A stretch of 64,000 nucleotides of DNA, from assembly GCA_034670305.1 (NCBI GenBank), contig JAXMNT010000011.1:64001-128000 (forward strand), in the 5' to 3' direction. This document shows, piece by piece, positions 11,267 to 20,867 of this stretch. Under the pieces are notes generated by a model. It saw only the letters and a program-made list of their open reading frames with translations, searched no databases and was not told where the DNA came from. The position numbers were made by a program, and so were the translations under genes. This DNA is from Deltaproteobacteria bacterium. GTDB lineage: Bacteria > Myxococcota_A > Polyangia > Polyangiales > Houyiibacteriaceae. Positions within the stretch are counted from its first letter, which is position 1, and each line of letters begins with the position of its first letter.

Positions 11267-11533
11267 CCCGTGCCCCCGTGCCCGTGCCCGTGCCCGTGCC
11301 CGTGCCCGATTCTCCGAGGCCGAAGCCGAAGCCGATGCCGATGCCGAAGCCGATGCCGAAGCCGATGCCGATGCCGATGCCGAAGCCGAAGCCGAAGCCG
11401 AAATCCGAATCCGAATCCGAATCCGAAGCCGAAATCCGAAATCCGAATCCGAAGCCGACATCCGAATCCGAAGCCGACCGCCCCGACCGCTCAACCCAAG
11501 GGCAAGGGCAGGGGCAAGGGCAGGGGCAAGGGG
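11267..11533 (+). repeat. composite array: (CCCGTG)n - (GCCGAA/GCCGAT/TCCGAA)n - (GGGCA[AG])n
   Basis: Blocks at 11267-11308, 11313-11478 and 11497-11533. The outer blocks are imperfect inverted repeats of each other. Confidence 0.95.
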
Positions 11534-11557
11534 ACACTCGGGCCTTTGGCCCTCCTG

Positions 11558-13750
11558 TCAGCGCACGGTTAGAGAGAACTGTTCGCGGACGCCTCGGCGG
11601 TTGCCGGGGTAGCGCTGGGCGCGGATGAGGGGTTCGACGCAGCTGCGGATGTTCTGCGGCATGTTCAGGCTCGCGATGTTGCCTTCGTCGTCGAGCGCGA
11701 GCACGAGGCGGGCGGTGCGGACTTCGGCTTCGGCGAGGCAGGCGTGGATCTGCGCGCGGATGGGGGCGAGGACCCGTTCGATCATCGGGAGGGTGGCGCG
11801 CTCAGGGCGGTTGTCGCCCGCGACCTGGTCGCCGGTCGTCTCGCCTTCGGTCTCGCCTTCGCCTTCGCCTTCCGCCCCCGCCTCCGCGGCGGCTTCGGCT
11901 TCGGCACGCGCAACTTCGATCGCGGTGAGGGTCACTTGGACGCGGTCGCGCACCGCCCTGGGGGCGAGCTCATCGGTCCGCACCGCGCGCAGAAGCGCTT
12001 CGGCGTCTTCGTCGCCCAGCGCGACGAGCACGTCGCCCGCGGCGCCGATGGCCTGGACCATCGCGTCGCTTTGCGCTTCGGCGTGGTAGAGGCGGACGAA
12101 GTCTCGGAGCGGTTCGGTCGCCGCGGTCCCCTCCAACGCGCCGAGTGCGTCGATCACCAGCTTGAGATCCTCTTCGCTGGTCTGGGGGTCGCGCAGATGG
12201 GCGACGAGGTGCGGGACGGAGGCGGTGGCCCCCATCGAGACCGCGGCGCGTGTCAGCGGTCCGAGGGGACCGGCGGTGGTGCCCGTCAGGTAGCGGGTGT
12301 AGCGGCCGAGCGCGTCGACGACGTGCTGTTCACCGGTGGTCCGAGCGGCGAGCGAGGTGCACGCTTCGTTGCGGACGGCCGGCGGCGCGCTGCGGTCTTC
12401 GCACAGGGCGATGAGGTGTCCCGTGACGTCGTCGTCCTGGATGGCGCGCAGCATGTGGACCGCGAGAATGCGGGCCGGCACGAGACGCGAGTCCGTGCTC
12501 TGGGCCGCCGCGAGCAGCTGGTCGTGCAAGGTGTGCACTTCGCCCTCGGCGGCGCCGTTCGGTTCGAAGTCGCCGCCGCGAATGGTGACGACGAGGGGCT
12601 GGATGTCGGTCGAGGCGTGCCAGTGTCGGCGGCCGTCGACCGCGCTGACGAACCCGAAGTTGCCTTCGGCGTCCGCGACGATCAGGCCGCCGGGCTGCGC
12701 GCTCGCACCCACGATGTCGGCGTCGTGTTCGTACACCCACCGGACGTCGTCCTCGGTCGGGACCAGGCCAAAGATCAGTTTGTAGAAGGTGCCGTAGAGC
12801 ACGTCGCCCGCGAGGGAGACCTCCTCGCCCGATCCCGCCGGACGCCACGAGTAGCGGATGCGGTGCACAGCGCTCTCGGGTGTGGGCGGGGGCCGGTACG
12901 GGTCGACCACGAAGGTCGGGTTGCCGGGAATGTCCCGCAACTGCGGCTCGAAGTACGCGGCGCTCGAGGTGCTTCCACCCGCGATGCTGCTGGTCAGCCG
13001 GAACACGCCGCGCTGCGCGAAGTACACGTCGGCGCCTTCGCGGAAGGCGCGCCCCACGGCGCTGTCGGTGATGCGGATGCGGGCGAGTTCGTCGCCGCTG
13101 GCCGCGTCGAGCACGCTGACGTTCTGAGTGGCCCAAGGCACGAAGACGAGTCCCCCGACGACCGTCGGCGCGCCGAGCGCGAACTCGACTTCTTTCGTCC
13201 ACGCGATGCGGCCGCCGCGCGCGACGACGAGCTTGGAGCGGGCGCTGACGCCGCCGCCGGTGGAGAGTGCGAATGCCACGAGGTCGCCTTCGCCATCGGC
13301 GCCGACGAGGTGCAATCCAGCATCTCCGGTGGTGAACTGGGTGTCGCCGGAGCGGGTGCTGCGGCCCACGATGCCGGCCGACTCATGGGTGAGCACGGTG
13401 CCGCCCGCGAGGAGGGGCGCCGCGACGATCGAGCCCTGCAGGGTCTTGCGCCAGCGGACGCTGCCACCGTTCAGGTCGACGGCGTACAGGGTGTGCGGGG
13501 ACGCGGTGACGCCTACAGCAAGCGGTTCGTCCTGGCGGGCGGGCGCTGCATGCACGCGGGCGAGCACCGCGTCGATGTCGGTCGATCGGTTGTCGGGGAA
13601 GGTGGGCCGGAACGCAGAACCCGAACCGCCGCCACAGGCGCTGGCGATCATGGCCACCGCGCACAGTGCTGCGGTTCCCACAGACGGCAACGTGGTCCAG
13701 AGGTGGGCGGGGGAATCGTTCATGGTCTGGGTGTTCTGTGCGTGCGTCAT
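11558..13750 (-). CDS. PQQ-like (BamB-type) beta-propeller + HEAT-repeat lipoprotein
   Basis: Lipobox ASAC, propeller blades (LYAVDLNGGSVRW, SAVDGRRHW) and a helical HEAT C-terminal half. Start placed at MTHAQ, next to the upstream stop. Confidence 0.8.
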   Translation of the reverse strand: MTHAQNTQTMNDSPAHLWTTLPSVGTAALCAVAMIASACGGGSGSAFRPTFPDNRSTDIDAVLARVHAAPARQDEPLAVGVTASPHTLYAVDLNGGSVRWRKTLQGSIVAAPLLAGGTVLTHESAGIVGRSTRSGDTQFTTGDAGLHLVGADGEGDLVAFALSTGGGVSARSKLVVARGGRIAWTKEVEFALGAPTVVGGLVFVPWATQNVSVLDAASGDELARIRITDSAVGRAFREGADVYFAQRGVFRLTSSIAGGSTSSAAYFEPQLRDIPGNPTFVVDPYRPPPTPESAVHRIRYSWRPAGSGEEVSLAGDVLYGTFYKLIFGLVPTEDDVRWVYEHDADIVGASAQPGGLIVADAEGNFGFVSAVDGRRHWHASTDIQPLVVTIRGGDFEPNGAAEGEVHTLHDQLLAAAQSTDSRLVPARILAVHMLRAIQDDDVTGHLIALCEDRSAPPAVRNEACTSLAARTTGEQHVVDALGRYTRYLTGTTAGPLGPLTRAAVSMGATASVPHLVAHLRDPQTSEEDLKLVIDALGALEGTAATEPLRDFVRLYHAEAQSDAMVQAIGAAGDVLVALGDEDAEALLRAVRTDELAPRAVRDRVQVTLTAIEVARAEAEAAAEAGAEGEGEGETEGETTGDQVAGDNRPERATLPMIERVLAPIRAQIHACLAEAEVRTARLVLALDDEGNIASLNMPQNIRSCVEPLIRAQRYPGNRRGVREQFSLTVR

Positions 13751-13751
13751 G

Positions 13752-14540
13752 TCAGCCCCCCGTGATCCGGCCGGCGGCGGCGCGTGCTTCGTTTTGGATC
13801 GCGCCGGCCGGCAAGGCTTCCGCGAGGCTCTCGAGGTAGGTGCGCACCTCGGGGGTGGCCAGCTCTTCCAGTTTGCCGAGGACCCGCAGTTTGACCCGGG
13901 CCGCGATGTCCGTGCGCGCGAGGATCTCGTCGAGTCCAGGTGTGATCGCATCCAGCGGCTTGCGGCCGAGGTAGGCCAACAATCGGTCTGCGCCAGCGGC
14001 GTCGGCGAGCTGGCCGATCGCAGGGGAGGCTTCGTTCAAACCTCGGTCGAACGCGAGGAACAGGTCGTCGAGCTGAGCAGCGGTTCCGACGGTGCCGAGT
14101 GCGATGGCAGCCGTCGCCCGCACTTGGGGATCGCCATCGGACAGCAGCGTGACGAGGCTCGCTGCCGCACCACGGGGCCGGCACGATCCGATCGCTTCCG
14201 TTGCGGCGACGCGGACTTCGACACGACGGTGGTTCGTCAGCTCGAAGAGCACGGGGCCCGCCTCTGGGCGTCCGAGCACGCCGAGCGTCTGGATCGCCAT
14301 GTCCAGCAACTCCGGGGGCAGCCCGCGACGGATCCGGGCGCTCAACGGCGCCACCGCACGCGCGGTGCCGTTGGTCCCGAGCGCTTCGATGCCGAGCTGG
14401 ACGGTGTCCGAGTCGGACGCGTCCAACATCTCCACCGCTTCGTTCAGCCGCACTTGCGCATCGGCCGTGCCAGCACTCAAAAGCCCCAGAAACGCGCCCA
14501 GCGCGACGACAACCGTCCACCCTCCAAGGCGCGCGTTCAT
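13752..14540 (-). CDS. secreted HEAT-repeat protein
   Basis: Signal peptide ending ADA-Q, with HEAT repeats VRVAATEAIG and VRATAAIALG. Confidence 0.85.
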   Translation of the reverse strand: MNARLGGWTVVVALGAFLGLLSAGTADAQVRLNEAVEMLDASDSDTVQLGIEALGTNGTARAVAPLSARIRRGLPPELLDMAIQTLGVLGRPEAGPVLFELTNHRRVEVRVAATEAIGSCRPRGAAASLVTLLSDGDPQVRATAAIALGTVGTAAQLDDLFLAFDRGLNEASPAIGQLADAAGADRLLAYLGRKPLDAITPGLDEILARTDIAARVKLRVLGKLEELATPEVRTYLESLAEALPAGAIQNEARAAAGRITGG

Positions 14541-14673
14541 TCCCCCACTCGATCCCATGGAACTCTCCGTTCAAAGCGCGACGACGCGCTCAGAGGCCGG
14601 ACTTATCGCGTGCGGCGCTCGGTTTCAATGCCAGTGGTCGAAACGGCCCGCGCCGGGTAGCGTCCCCCCTCCC

Positions 14674-15438
14674 GTGCTCACGACCGCAGATCCCACCTCG
14701 CTCCCAGAACGTGCGCCCGCTTCCGCTTCGGACTCGCCTTCGGCCTCGGCGTCGGATTCGGCTTCGGCGTCGGCTTCGGCTTCGGCTTCGGCTTCGGCGT
14801 CGGCGTCGGCTTCGGCTTCGGCGTCGGATTCGGCTTCGGCGTCGGCGTCGGCGTCGGCTTCGGCTTCGGCTTCGGCGTCGGCGTCGGATTCGGCTTCGGC
14901 TTCGGCTTCGGATTCGGCGTCGGATTCGGCGTCGGCGTCGCCCTCGGCTGCCTCCAAACGCCAACCGGCCCTCCTCGCCCTCGCCATCCTCCTCGTCTCC
15001 ACCTCCCCGGTCCCCACCTTGTCCCAGACCGCCGACGGCGAGGTGCAGGCGGCCCTGGAGGCAGCCCGCGCCGAGCCGATGGAGCTGTCCCGGGTGGTCC
15101 GGGCCCACGCAGACGCCGTCGAGCGGCTGCTCGCGGAGTCTCCCCCGTCGATCGCCGCGGTACGGGCGTCGGCCTACCTCGAAGCGCCGAGCCGGCACCT
15201 CGCGCGGTTGGCGGAAGTCGCGGCTTCGGACGATCCCGAACGGGCACCGGTCGCCGCGTTGGCCGCGTGGCGCATCGCCCGCAACCTCACCGCGGAAGCG
15301 CTGAGCGCGGAGGAGCTGTCGCTTCCCGATGCCGCCCCCTTCGATGCGCTCGCCCAAGACGAACTCGCCCGCCCGGACATCCGCAGGCTCGCCGCCCTGG
15401 TCACGGCCCAAATCGCCTCACTGCGTTCCCCGGGCTGA
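14674..15438 (+). CDS. secreted helical hypothetical protein with in-frame Ser/Ala repeat at N-terminus
   Basis: Good coding character from about 14950, and signal-like [14 protein letters not shown]. The nearest upstream in-frame start is GTG 14674, before the repeat array. Confidence 0.55.
   Translation: MLTTADPTSLPERAPASASDSPSASASDSASASASASASASASASASASASDSASASASASASASASASASDSASASASDSASDSASASPSAASKRQPALLALAILLVSTSPVPTLSQTADGEVQAALEAARAEPMELSRVVRAHADAVERLLAESPPSIAAVRASAYLEAPSRHLARLAEVAASDDPERAPVAALAAWRIARNLTAEALSAEELSLPDAAPFDALAQDELARPDIRRLAALVTAQIASLRSPG
14719..14949 (-). repeat. hexamer array (GCCGAA/GCCGAC/TCCGAC)n on minus strand
   Basis: Plus strand reads (TTCGGC/GTCGGC/GTCGGA)n. Confidence 0.95.
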
Positions 15439-15516
15439 CGCCTGCCTTTCCCCCTCGTACACCGACCGATTCCCGATCCCGGTGGGGAGGGCAGGGCCGT
15501 GGTATCGTGACGCACG

Positions 15517-17154
15517 ATGTGGCGCTGGACGATGGTGTGTGTGTTGGGTTGCTCGGGGGTCATCGCCGACCCGCCCGTCGACCCGCCGGACGATCCCCCG
15601 CTCCCCAGCGGTGAGGTGCTGACGCCGAACGGGATCACCCGATTGTCCGCCCTCGAATACGATCGCAGCGTGGCGATCCTCATCGGGGACGACGCCCGAG
15701 CAGCCCGCGCGCTGCTCCCCGAGGACGCCCGCACCCCCTTCGACAACGACTACGAGACCCAGGACCCGTCGCAGGCCCTGGTCGAAGGCGAAGAGTTGCT
15801 GGCGGTTGAAGCCGCCGAGCGGTTGCTCGAGGACACGCCGCGTCGGGACGAGGTCGTGGGTTGCACGCCCACCGGTGTGGACGACGCCACTTGCATGCGG
15901 AGTTTCGCCCGCCGACTGGTGCGCAACGCGTTCCGCCGCGAAGCCACCGACGAAGACGTCGCGTTCCTCGTGGATGGGGAAGGTCCGGAGCTCGGCCAGT
16001 GGCCCGGGGCCATGCGCATGGCCGCGACGTTCGACGACTTCTACGAAGGCGTCAGCGGCATCGTTCAAGTCGTGCTGATGGATCCCGAGTTCCTCTACCG
16101 GGTGGAGGTCGGCACGCCGGACCCCGACACGGCGAACGTCTACCGACTCAACGACTACGAGATTGCGACCCGGCTGGCGTTCTTCCTGTGGGGCGCGATC
16201 CCCGACGAAGCGCTGCTCGACCGGGCCCAGGCCGGCGGGCTTCAAGATCCCGAGGCGCGCGCCACCGAAGCGATGCGCATGCTCGACCAGCCGCTCGCAC
16301 GGGAACGTTTCGTGCTCTTCCACGCGATGTGGCTCGGCTACGAGAAGTTGCTGGCCGGCGACGAGCTCGGCACCGCGATGCGGGCCGAGACCCGAATGCT
16401 CATGGAGCAAGTGCTCTTCGAAGAAGCCGGCCCCTGGCAAGATCTGTTCACCTACGACCGCACCCACGTGAACGCGCTCCTGGCCGAGAACTACGGACTG
16501 CCGGTGCCGGCGGGCGAAGAGGGCGGCTGGGTCGCGTACGACATGGACGAACGCCGCGGCCTCTTCTCGCACGGCAGCTTTCTGGCGCACGGCGCGCGCA
16601 ACGGCGACACGAGCCCAGTGTTCCGTGGACTCGCGGTTCAGACCCGCGCGTTCTGCCGCACCATTCCGCCGCCGCCTCCGGGGGTGAACACGGACGAAGG
16701 GCCGCAGTCCGAAGCGCTCTGCAAACCCGAACGCTACAGCGCCCACTCCGGTGGCCGGTGCGCGGATTGCCATCAGCACATCGACGGTGTCGGGTTCGGC
16801 CTGGAGAACTTCGACGCGACGGGCGCGTTCCGGACCCACGAGTCCGACAACCCGGAGACGGAGGGCGACGAGTCGACGTGCGCGATCGATGGCGAGGGCT
16901 ACCTGCAGGATGTCGGCAGTTTCCGCGGTCCGGCGGGTCTCGCGGCACTGGGGCTCGAGTCCGGCGCGCTGCGCCACTGCTTCGTGAACCACGTGCACCG
17001 CCTCGTGGTGGGCCGCGGCGATGTGCGGCGCGTCGACGCGGAAGCGATCGTACAGCTCGAGGCGCGGTTGCCCGAGGGTGAGTTCACCTTGAGCGACGTC
17101 GTGCGTGCGGTCGTCACCAGCGAAGGCTTCGGCCTCCGCAGAGAGGACCTCTAG
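15517..17154 (+). CDS. DUF1592/DUF1588/DUF1595-family (PSD) protein with c-type heme motif
   Basis: RLSALEYDRSV, AFRRE, PEFLYRVE, YEIATRLAFFLW..PD, TSPVFRG, CADCH..ID..GFGLENFDATG. Confidence 0.9.
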   Translation: MWRWTMVCVLGCSGVIADPPVDPPDDPPLPSGEVLTPNGITRLSALEYDRSVAILIGDDARAARALLPEDARTPFDNDYETQDPSQALVEGEELLAVEAAERLLEDTPRRDEVVGCTPTGVDDATCMRSFARRLVRNAFRREATDEDVAFLVDGEGPELGQWPGAMRMAATFDDFYEGVSGIVQVVLMDPEFLYRVEVGTPDPDTANVYRLNDYEIATRLAFFLWGAIPDEALLDRAQAGGLQDPEARATEAMRMLDQPLARERFVLFHAMWLGYEKLLAGDELGTAMRAETRMLMEQVLFEEAGPWQDLFTYDRTHVNALLAENYGLPVPAGEEGGWVAYDMDERRGLFSHGSFLAHGARNGDTSPVFRGLAVQTRAFCRTIPPPPPGVNTDEGPQSEALCKPERYSAHSGGRCADCHQHIDGVGFGLENFDATGAFRTHESDNPETEGDESTCAIDGEGYLQDVGSFRGPAGLAALGLESGALRHCFVNHVHRLVVGRGDVRRVDAEAIVQLEARLPEGEFTLSDVVRAVVTSEGFGLRREDL

Positions 17155-18632
17155 TGGCCTACGGACTGACACGACGTTCGCTGTTGCGCGGACTCGGGAC
17201 CGCAGCGCTCGCGTTGCCCGTGCTGGAACTGACCCGGTCCAAGGGCAGCGCGGCCAATGGCCGGCCGAACCGTTTCGTCCTGCTCTACGCAGGGATCTCC
17301 ACGAGCACCGACCGCGCGCCAGGGCAGGTGCTGCTCCGACCCGAACGCACCGGCACCGGCTACGACTTGCCTCGCGCGCTCACGCCACTCGGCTCCGGCA
17401 CCACCGCGTGGGGACAGCCGGGCTACGACGTGCAGGACGAGGTCAGCGTGGTGAGCGGACTGACGATCCCGTGGGGCGCCGATGGTGCGATCCCGCCGGG
17501 CGGCAAGTCGGTGCACTTCCACTACAACACCGCGGAACAACAGACCACGGGCATGCGCCGCGGCGACAACCGCGGCAGCGGTCCAGCCGCTTCGAGCGCG
17601 GATGTCATCGCGGCCGATGCGCTCGGCGAGACGACCCAGGGACACCTCAGCTACCGGGTGCAAGCGGCCCGCTACATCTCCGGATCGAACTCGAGCGGCG
17701 GCGGACTCGACGCGCTCTCGCTGCGCCGGCGCGCCGATGGTTCGCTCCAGTCGATCGATGCGACCACAAGCCCGCGCTTGGCCTACCGCTCGCTCTTCAG
17801 CGGCTTCGTACCGATGGACGAAGGCCGCGAAGAAGCGCTCCGCCGGTTGCGACAGCGGCGCGACATTCTGGCCGCGGTGCGCTCCCGCACGTCGAGCCTG
17901 ATCCCGCGGCTCGGCATGTCGGACCAGCGCCGCATCCAGCAACACCTCGAAGAACTCAACCGCCTCGAAGGGCGGCTCGCGATGATGCCGGAGCCCGGCA
18001 TGGGCGCCTGCGTCGTGCCCACCGATCCTGGCGAGGATCCGCCGATCGCGGACGGACACAACACCCTCGAGAACGGCAACGTCGACTACACGCCGAGCCG
18101 TGCGTGGAGCGAAGAGACGCTGCGCGGCGAGACCATGATCGACATGGTCCGCATGGCGCTCACCTGCGACCTCGCGCGTTCGGTGGGTTTCCGCATCTCG
18201 CTCGACCAGACGTTCCTCAACGCGCAGCAGGCGGTCGGCGTCGCGAACGACATGCACAACACCACGCACTCGGGCACGGCGGACGACTGCTCCGACGCGC
18301 TCGCGTGGCACGTGTCGTTCTTCGCGCGCCTCGTCGCCGGTCTGCGGGACACCGAGGAGGTCGATGGCTCGTCGCTCCTCGACCACACGACCGTCGTCTT
18401 GTTGTTCGAAGGTGGCCACGGCCACGATCCTGAGGGCGTGCAGGACAACCGCGCCCACAGCACCGAGAACATGTCGGCGCTGATCGCGGGCCGGGTCGGC
18501 GGACTGCAGGGCGGACGGCACATCGCGACCGATCGCGCGCACCCGGCGCGGGTGGTGGCGTCCGCGCTCTCGGCGGTGGGTCTCGAAGACAGCCTCGGCG
18601 AGATCAGCGGACGCATCGACGGTCTGTTCTGA
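17154..18632 (+). CDS. DUF1552-family Tat-exported protein
   Basis: Tat motif LTRRSLLRGLG, LALPVLE, MALTCDLAR, MHNTTH (HxxSH-like), SLLDHT, HSTENM. Overlaps its canonical partner gene. Confidence 0.9.
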   Translation: MAYGLTRRSLLRGLGTAALALPVLELTRSKGSAANGRPNRFVLLYAGISTSTDRAPGQVLLRPERTGTGYDLPRALTPLGSGTTAWGQPGYDVQDEVSVVSGLTIPWGADGAIPPGGKSVHFHYNTAEQQTTGMRRGDNRGSGPAASSADVIAADALGETTQGHLSYRVQAARYISGSNSSGGGLDALSLRRRADGSLQSIDATTSPRLAYRSLFSGFVPMDEGREEALRRLRQRRDILAAVRSRTSSLIPRLGMSDQRRIQQHLEELNRLEGRLAMMPEPGMGACVVPTDPGEDPPIADGHNTLENGNVDYTPSRAWSEETLRGETMIDMVRMALTCDLARSVGFRISLDQTFLNAQQAVGVANDMHNTTHSGTADDCSDALAWHVSFFARLVAGLRDTEEVDGSSLLDHTTVVLLFEGGHGHDPEGVQDNRAHSTENMSALIAGRVGGLQGGRHIATDRAHPARVVASALSAVGLEDSLGEISGRIDGLF

Positions 18633-18666
18633 GTCCCCAGCCGTGTAGCCCGCGGTAGCCTTCGCC

Positions 18667-19839
18667 ATGTCGCTCATCGACTCGCTCTTCCGTCCGCTGA
18701 CGGGTCGTACGTTTCTTGAGACGCACTGGGGGGTTCGGGTGGCGCGGTTTCGGCCCGACTGGCCGCTTGCGTCCGACGACGCGCTCACGTCGGAGGCATG
18801 GCGGCGGCTCCCTGCGCTGGAGTACATCGACGCGGCGGGGCGGGACGGACAGGACCAGCACACACAGGTTCGCGTCCGCCGAGAGGACATCGCGGCGGTC
18901 CTCGAACGTGGGGACACGGTCTGCGCCGACCTCACCCACCACGCACCGGTCGTGCGCGTGCTCTCGGACCTGCAACGCGCGCTCGGACTGGGCGTCGGAG
19001 GGTTCGCCAAACTCTACGCGAGCCCGCCCGGTGCGGGGTTTCCGCTGCATCTGGATCCACACCACGTGTTCGTCCTGCAGTGCCAAGGGGAGAAGCGCTG
19101 GCGGCACGGCATGGAGCCGGCCGTACCCTACTCTCGCGAGAACGCGAAACGCGACGCGGAAGGGCGCGCGGTGTTCAGCGGACGCTACGAAGGGGTCGCG
19201 CTGCGGGGAGGTCACGGGACCGTGGATGCGCCAGGCGTCGACGACTTGGTCGAGACGGTGCTGCGGCCAGGCGACGCGCTCTACCTGCCGCCCGGGACCT
19301 GGCACGAGGCCGAGGCCTGCTCCCATTCCGTCGCGGTCAGCCTCAGCCCGCCGCGCATGCACGCGTACGACTTGGTGCTGCGGTGGCTGGAAGCGCAGTC
19401 GCTCGCACGCCCGGAGTGGTTCGTCGACCGCGTCGCCGCCGAGTCGGACCGCGACTCGGTACAGCCGGTCCTCCACGACATCGTGGAGGCCTTGCAGGCG
19501 CTCGACCCAGCCGTGCTCGAGCAGCAGTGGATGATGCGGGTCGCCGAAGGTCAGACGTCTGGTCCGCCATCAGCGGGTCCCGCGATCGAGAAGTCGACTT
19601 GGCTCGTGCGCGAGGAAGCGATCCCCTGGTTCGAAACCGAGGGGGCGCTCGTGTTCGCCGCGGCCGGGGTGGAGTGGCGGCTGCCGGTCGCGGCACGCCC
19701 CTTCCTGAGCAAGCTGGTGTCGTGCACCCGCTTCCGGGCAGACGAAGTCCTCGCGTGGGATCCACAGCTCGGTTGGGACGATGCACGCGCGTTGCTCCAG
19801 GAGCTGCGCGACGCAGGGGTCTTGTCCGTCTCGCTGTGA
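18667..19839 (+). CDS. JmjC/cupin 2-oxoglutarate oxygenase (RoxA/YcfD-like)
   Basis: PLHLDPHHVFVLQCQGEKRW and LRPGDALYLPPGTWHEA give an HxD..H triad. C-terminal winged-helix-like tail. Confidence 0.88.
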   Translation: MSLIDSLFRPLTGRTFLETHWGVRVARFRPDWPLASDDALTSEAWRRLPALEYIDAAGRDGQDQHTQVRVRREDIAAVLERGDTVCADLTHHAPVVRVLSDLQRALGLGVGGFAKLYASPPGAGFPLHLDPHHVFVLQCQGEKRWRHGMEPAVPYSRENAKRDAEGRAVFSGRYEGVALRGGHGTVDAPGVDDLVETVLRPGDALYLPPGTWHEAEACSHSVAVSLSPPRMHAYDLVLRWLEAQSLARPEWFVDRVAAESDRDSVQPVLHDIVEALQALDPAVLEQQWMMRVAEGQTSGPPSAGPAIEKSTWLVREEAIPWFETEGALVFAAAGVEWRLPVAARPFLSKLVSCTRFRADEVLAWDPQLGWDDARALLQELRDAGVLSVSL

Positions 19840-19884
19840 GGCGATCGAGGCGCGGGTGACTCCAACCGCTCGGTGCGCTCGCAG

Positions 19885-20230
19885 CCTGCCCCTTGCCCCT
19901 GCCCTTGCCTTTGCCCTTGCCCGCGGATCAGCGGTGAGATCGCTTGATCAGCGCGACGAGCATCGCGACGACCTGCTCAAGGTGGGCGAGAGCCCGTTCG
20001 ATATTGCTGGTCTCTCGCGGGGTTCCTGCGGGGGGCCCTGGGAAACGGCTCTGCAGCAGAGCCTCCCGCGCGAGAGACAATATCGGGCCTCGATGCCTCG
20101 GCCCGACGGTCCGTGATTTCGAGCGAGGAGACGACCTCGATCGCTCCGATTCGCGGTCTCGCCGTCGCGAAACACACGGCGTCCACGATGCGGGCAAGGG
20201 CACGGGCAAGGGCAACGGCAAGGGAGCAGG
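19885..20230. mobile_element. cassette bounded by ~40-bp inverted hexamer arms (CCCTTG)n ... (CAAGGG)n
   Basis: The left arm 19885-19924 and right arm 20190-20230 are reverse complements with 1 indel and 4 mismatches. Mobility is inferred only. Confidence 0.55.
19928..20186 (-). pseudogene. decayed four-helix-bundle (TIGR02436-like) gene remnant
   Basis: One frame gives AIEVVSSL...AGGSAAE (compare ARGSAxE). Another gives IERALAHLEQVVAMLVALIKR (compare the terminal IVAML helix). Frameshifted, with the central NIAEG motif absent. Confidence 0.45.
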
Positions 20231-20250
20231 TCGCTTTTCAGCGACCTGCT
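20225..20250 (-). terminator. perfect hairpin at stop of lipoprotein gene
   Basis: AGCAGGTCGCT-GAAA-AGCGACCTGCT on the minus strand: 11-bp stem, GNRA loop, no clear U-tract. Confidence 0.5.
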
Positions 20251-20740
20251 AGGGCGCGGGCGAACAGGACCCGTCGATGAGGCCACAGCTCAGGAAGGTT
20301 CGGCTGGGAATGCACTCCCCACCGCACGGAGTGCGGTCGTAGAAGACCTCGATCACTTCCCCGTCCCGTTCTTCCCCGACACGCATGTGACCGCTCCCCG
20401 CCGCGTCGAAGACCCACTGCTGCAAGTCCACCGGATCGAGCGCGCTGTCGCCCATCGGCCGCGGCACACCCCAGGACAAATCCGCCTGCTGAAACCCGTC
20501 GGCGCAACGATGCGCGCAACCACAACCCGAGACGAGCGGCAGGCATCGGCGCGACTGCGGCACGCCCGTGGGCGGCGTGGGAGGCTCGGCTTGGCTCGTT
20601 TGCACCACGGGCGCTTCGGCGGGTGCCTCTTCGGGCGCTTCGTCGGGAGGCGGTTCCGAGGTCGAGGTCGCCCCGTGACCGCTCGGGCCACAGGCCATGA
20701 GGAGACACCCGAACCACCCAGCGAAGTACAACGAGCGCAT
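20249..20740 (-). CDS. small Cys-rich lipoprotein
   Basis: MRSLYFAGWFGCLLMAC lipobox, Pro-rich linker, paired cysteines. Confidence 0.75.
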   Translation of the reverse strand: MRSLYFAGWFGCLLMACGPSGHGATSTSEPPPDEAPEEAPAEAPVVQTSQAEPPTPPTGVPQSRRCLPLVSGCGCAHRCADGFQQADLSWGVPRPMGDSALDPVDLQQWVFDAAGSGHMRVGEERDGEVIEVFYDRTPCGGECIPSRTFLSCGLIDGSCSPAP

Positions 20741-20867
20741 GGCCAGCGTACGTCGGTCCGGACGGTTCCTTCCGTGCGCAGGGGTCGATGGACCCAGTCC
20801 GCTGGTGCCGGCGGCATGGATGGTTTCAGTCACGGCGTCCACGGCTTGGGTTGCTCACCGAGCGCAC

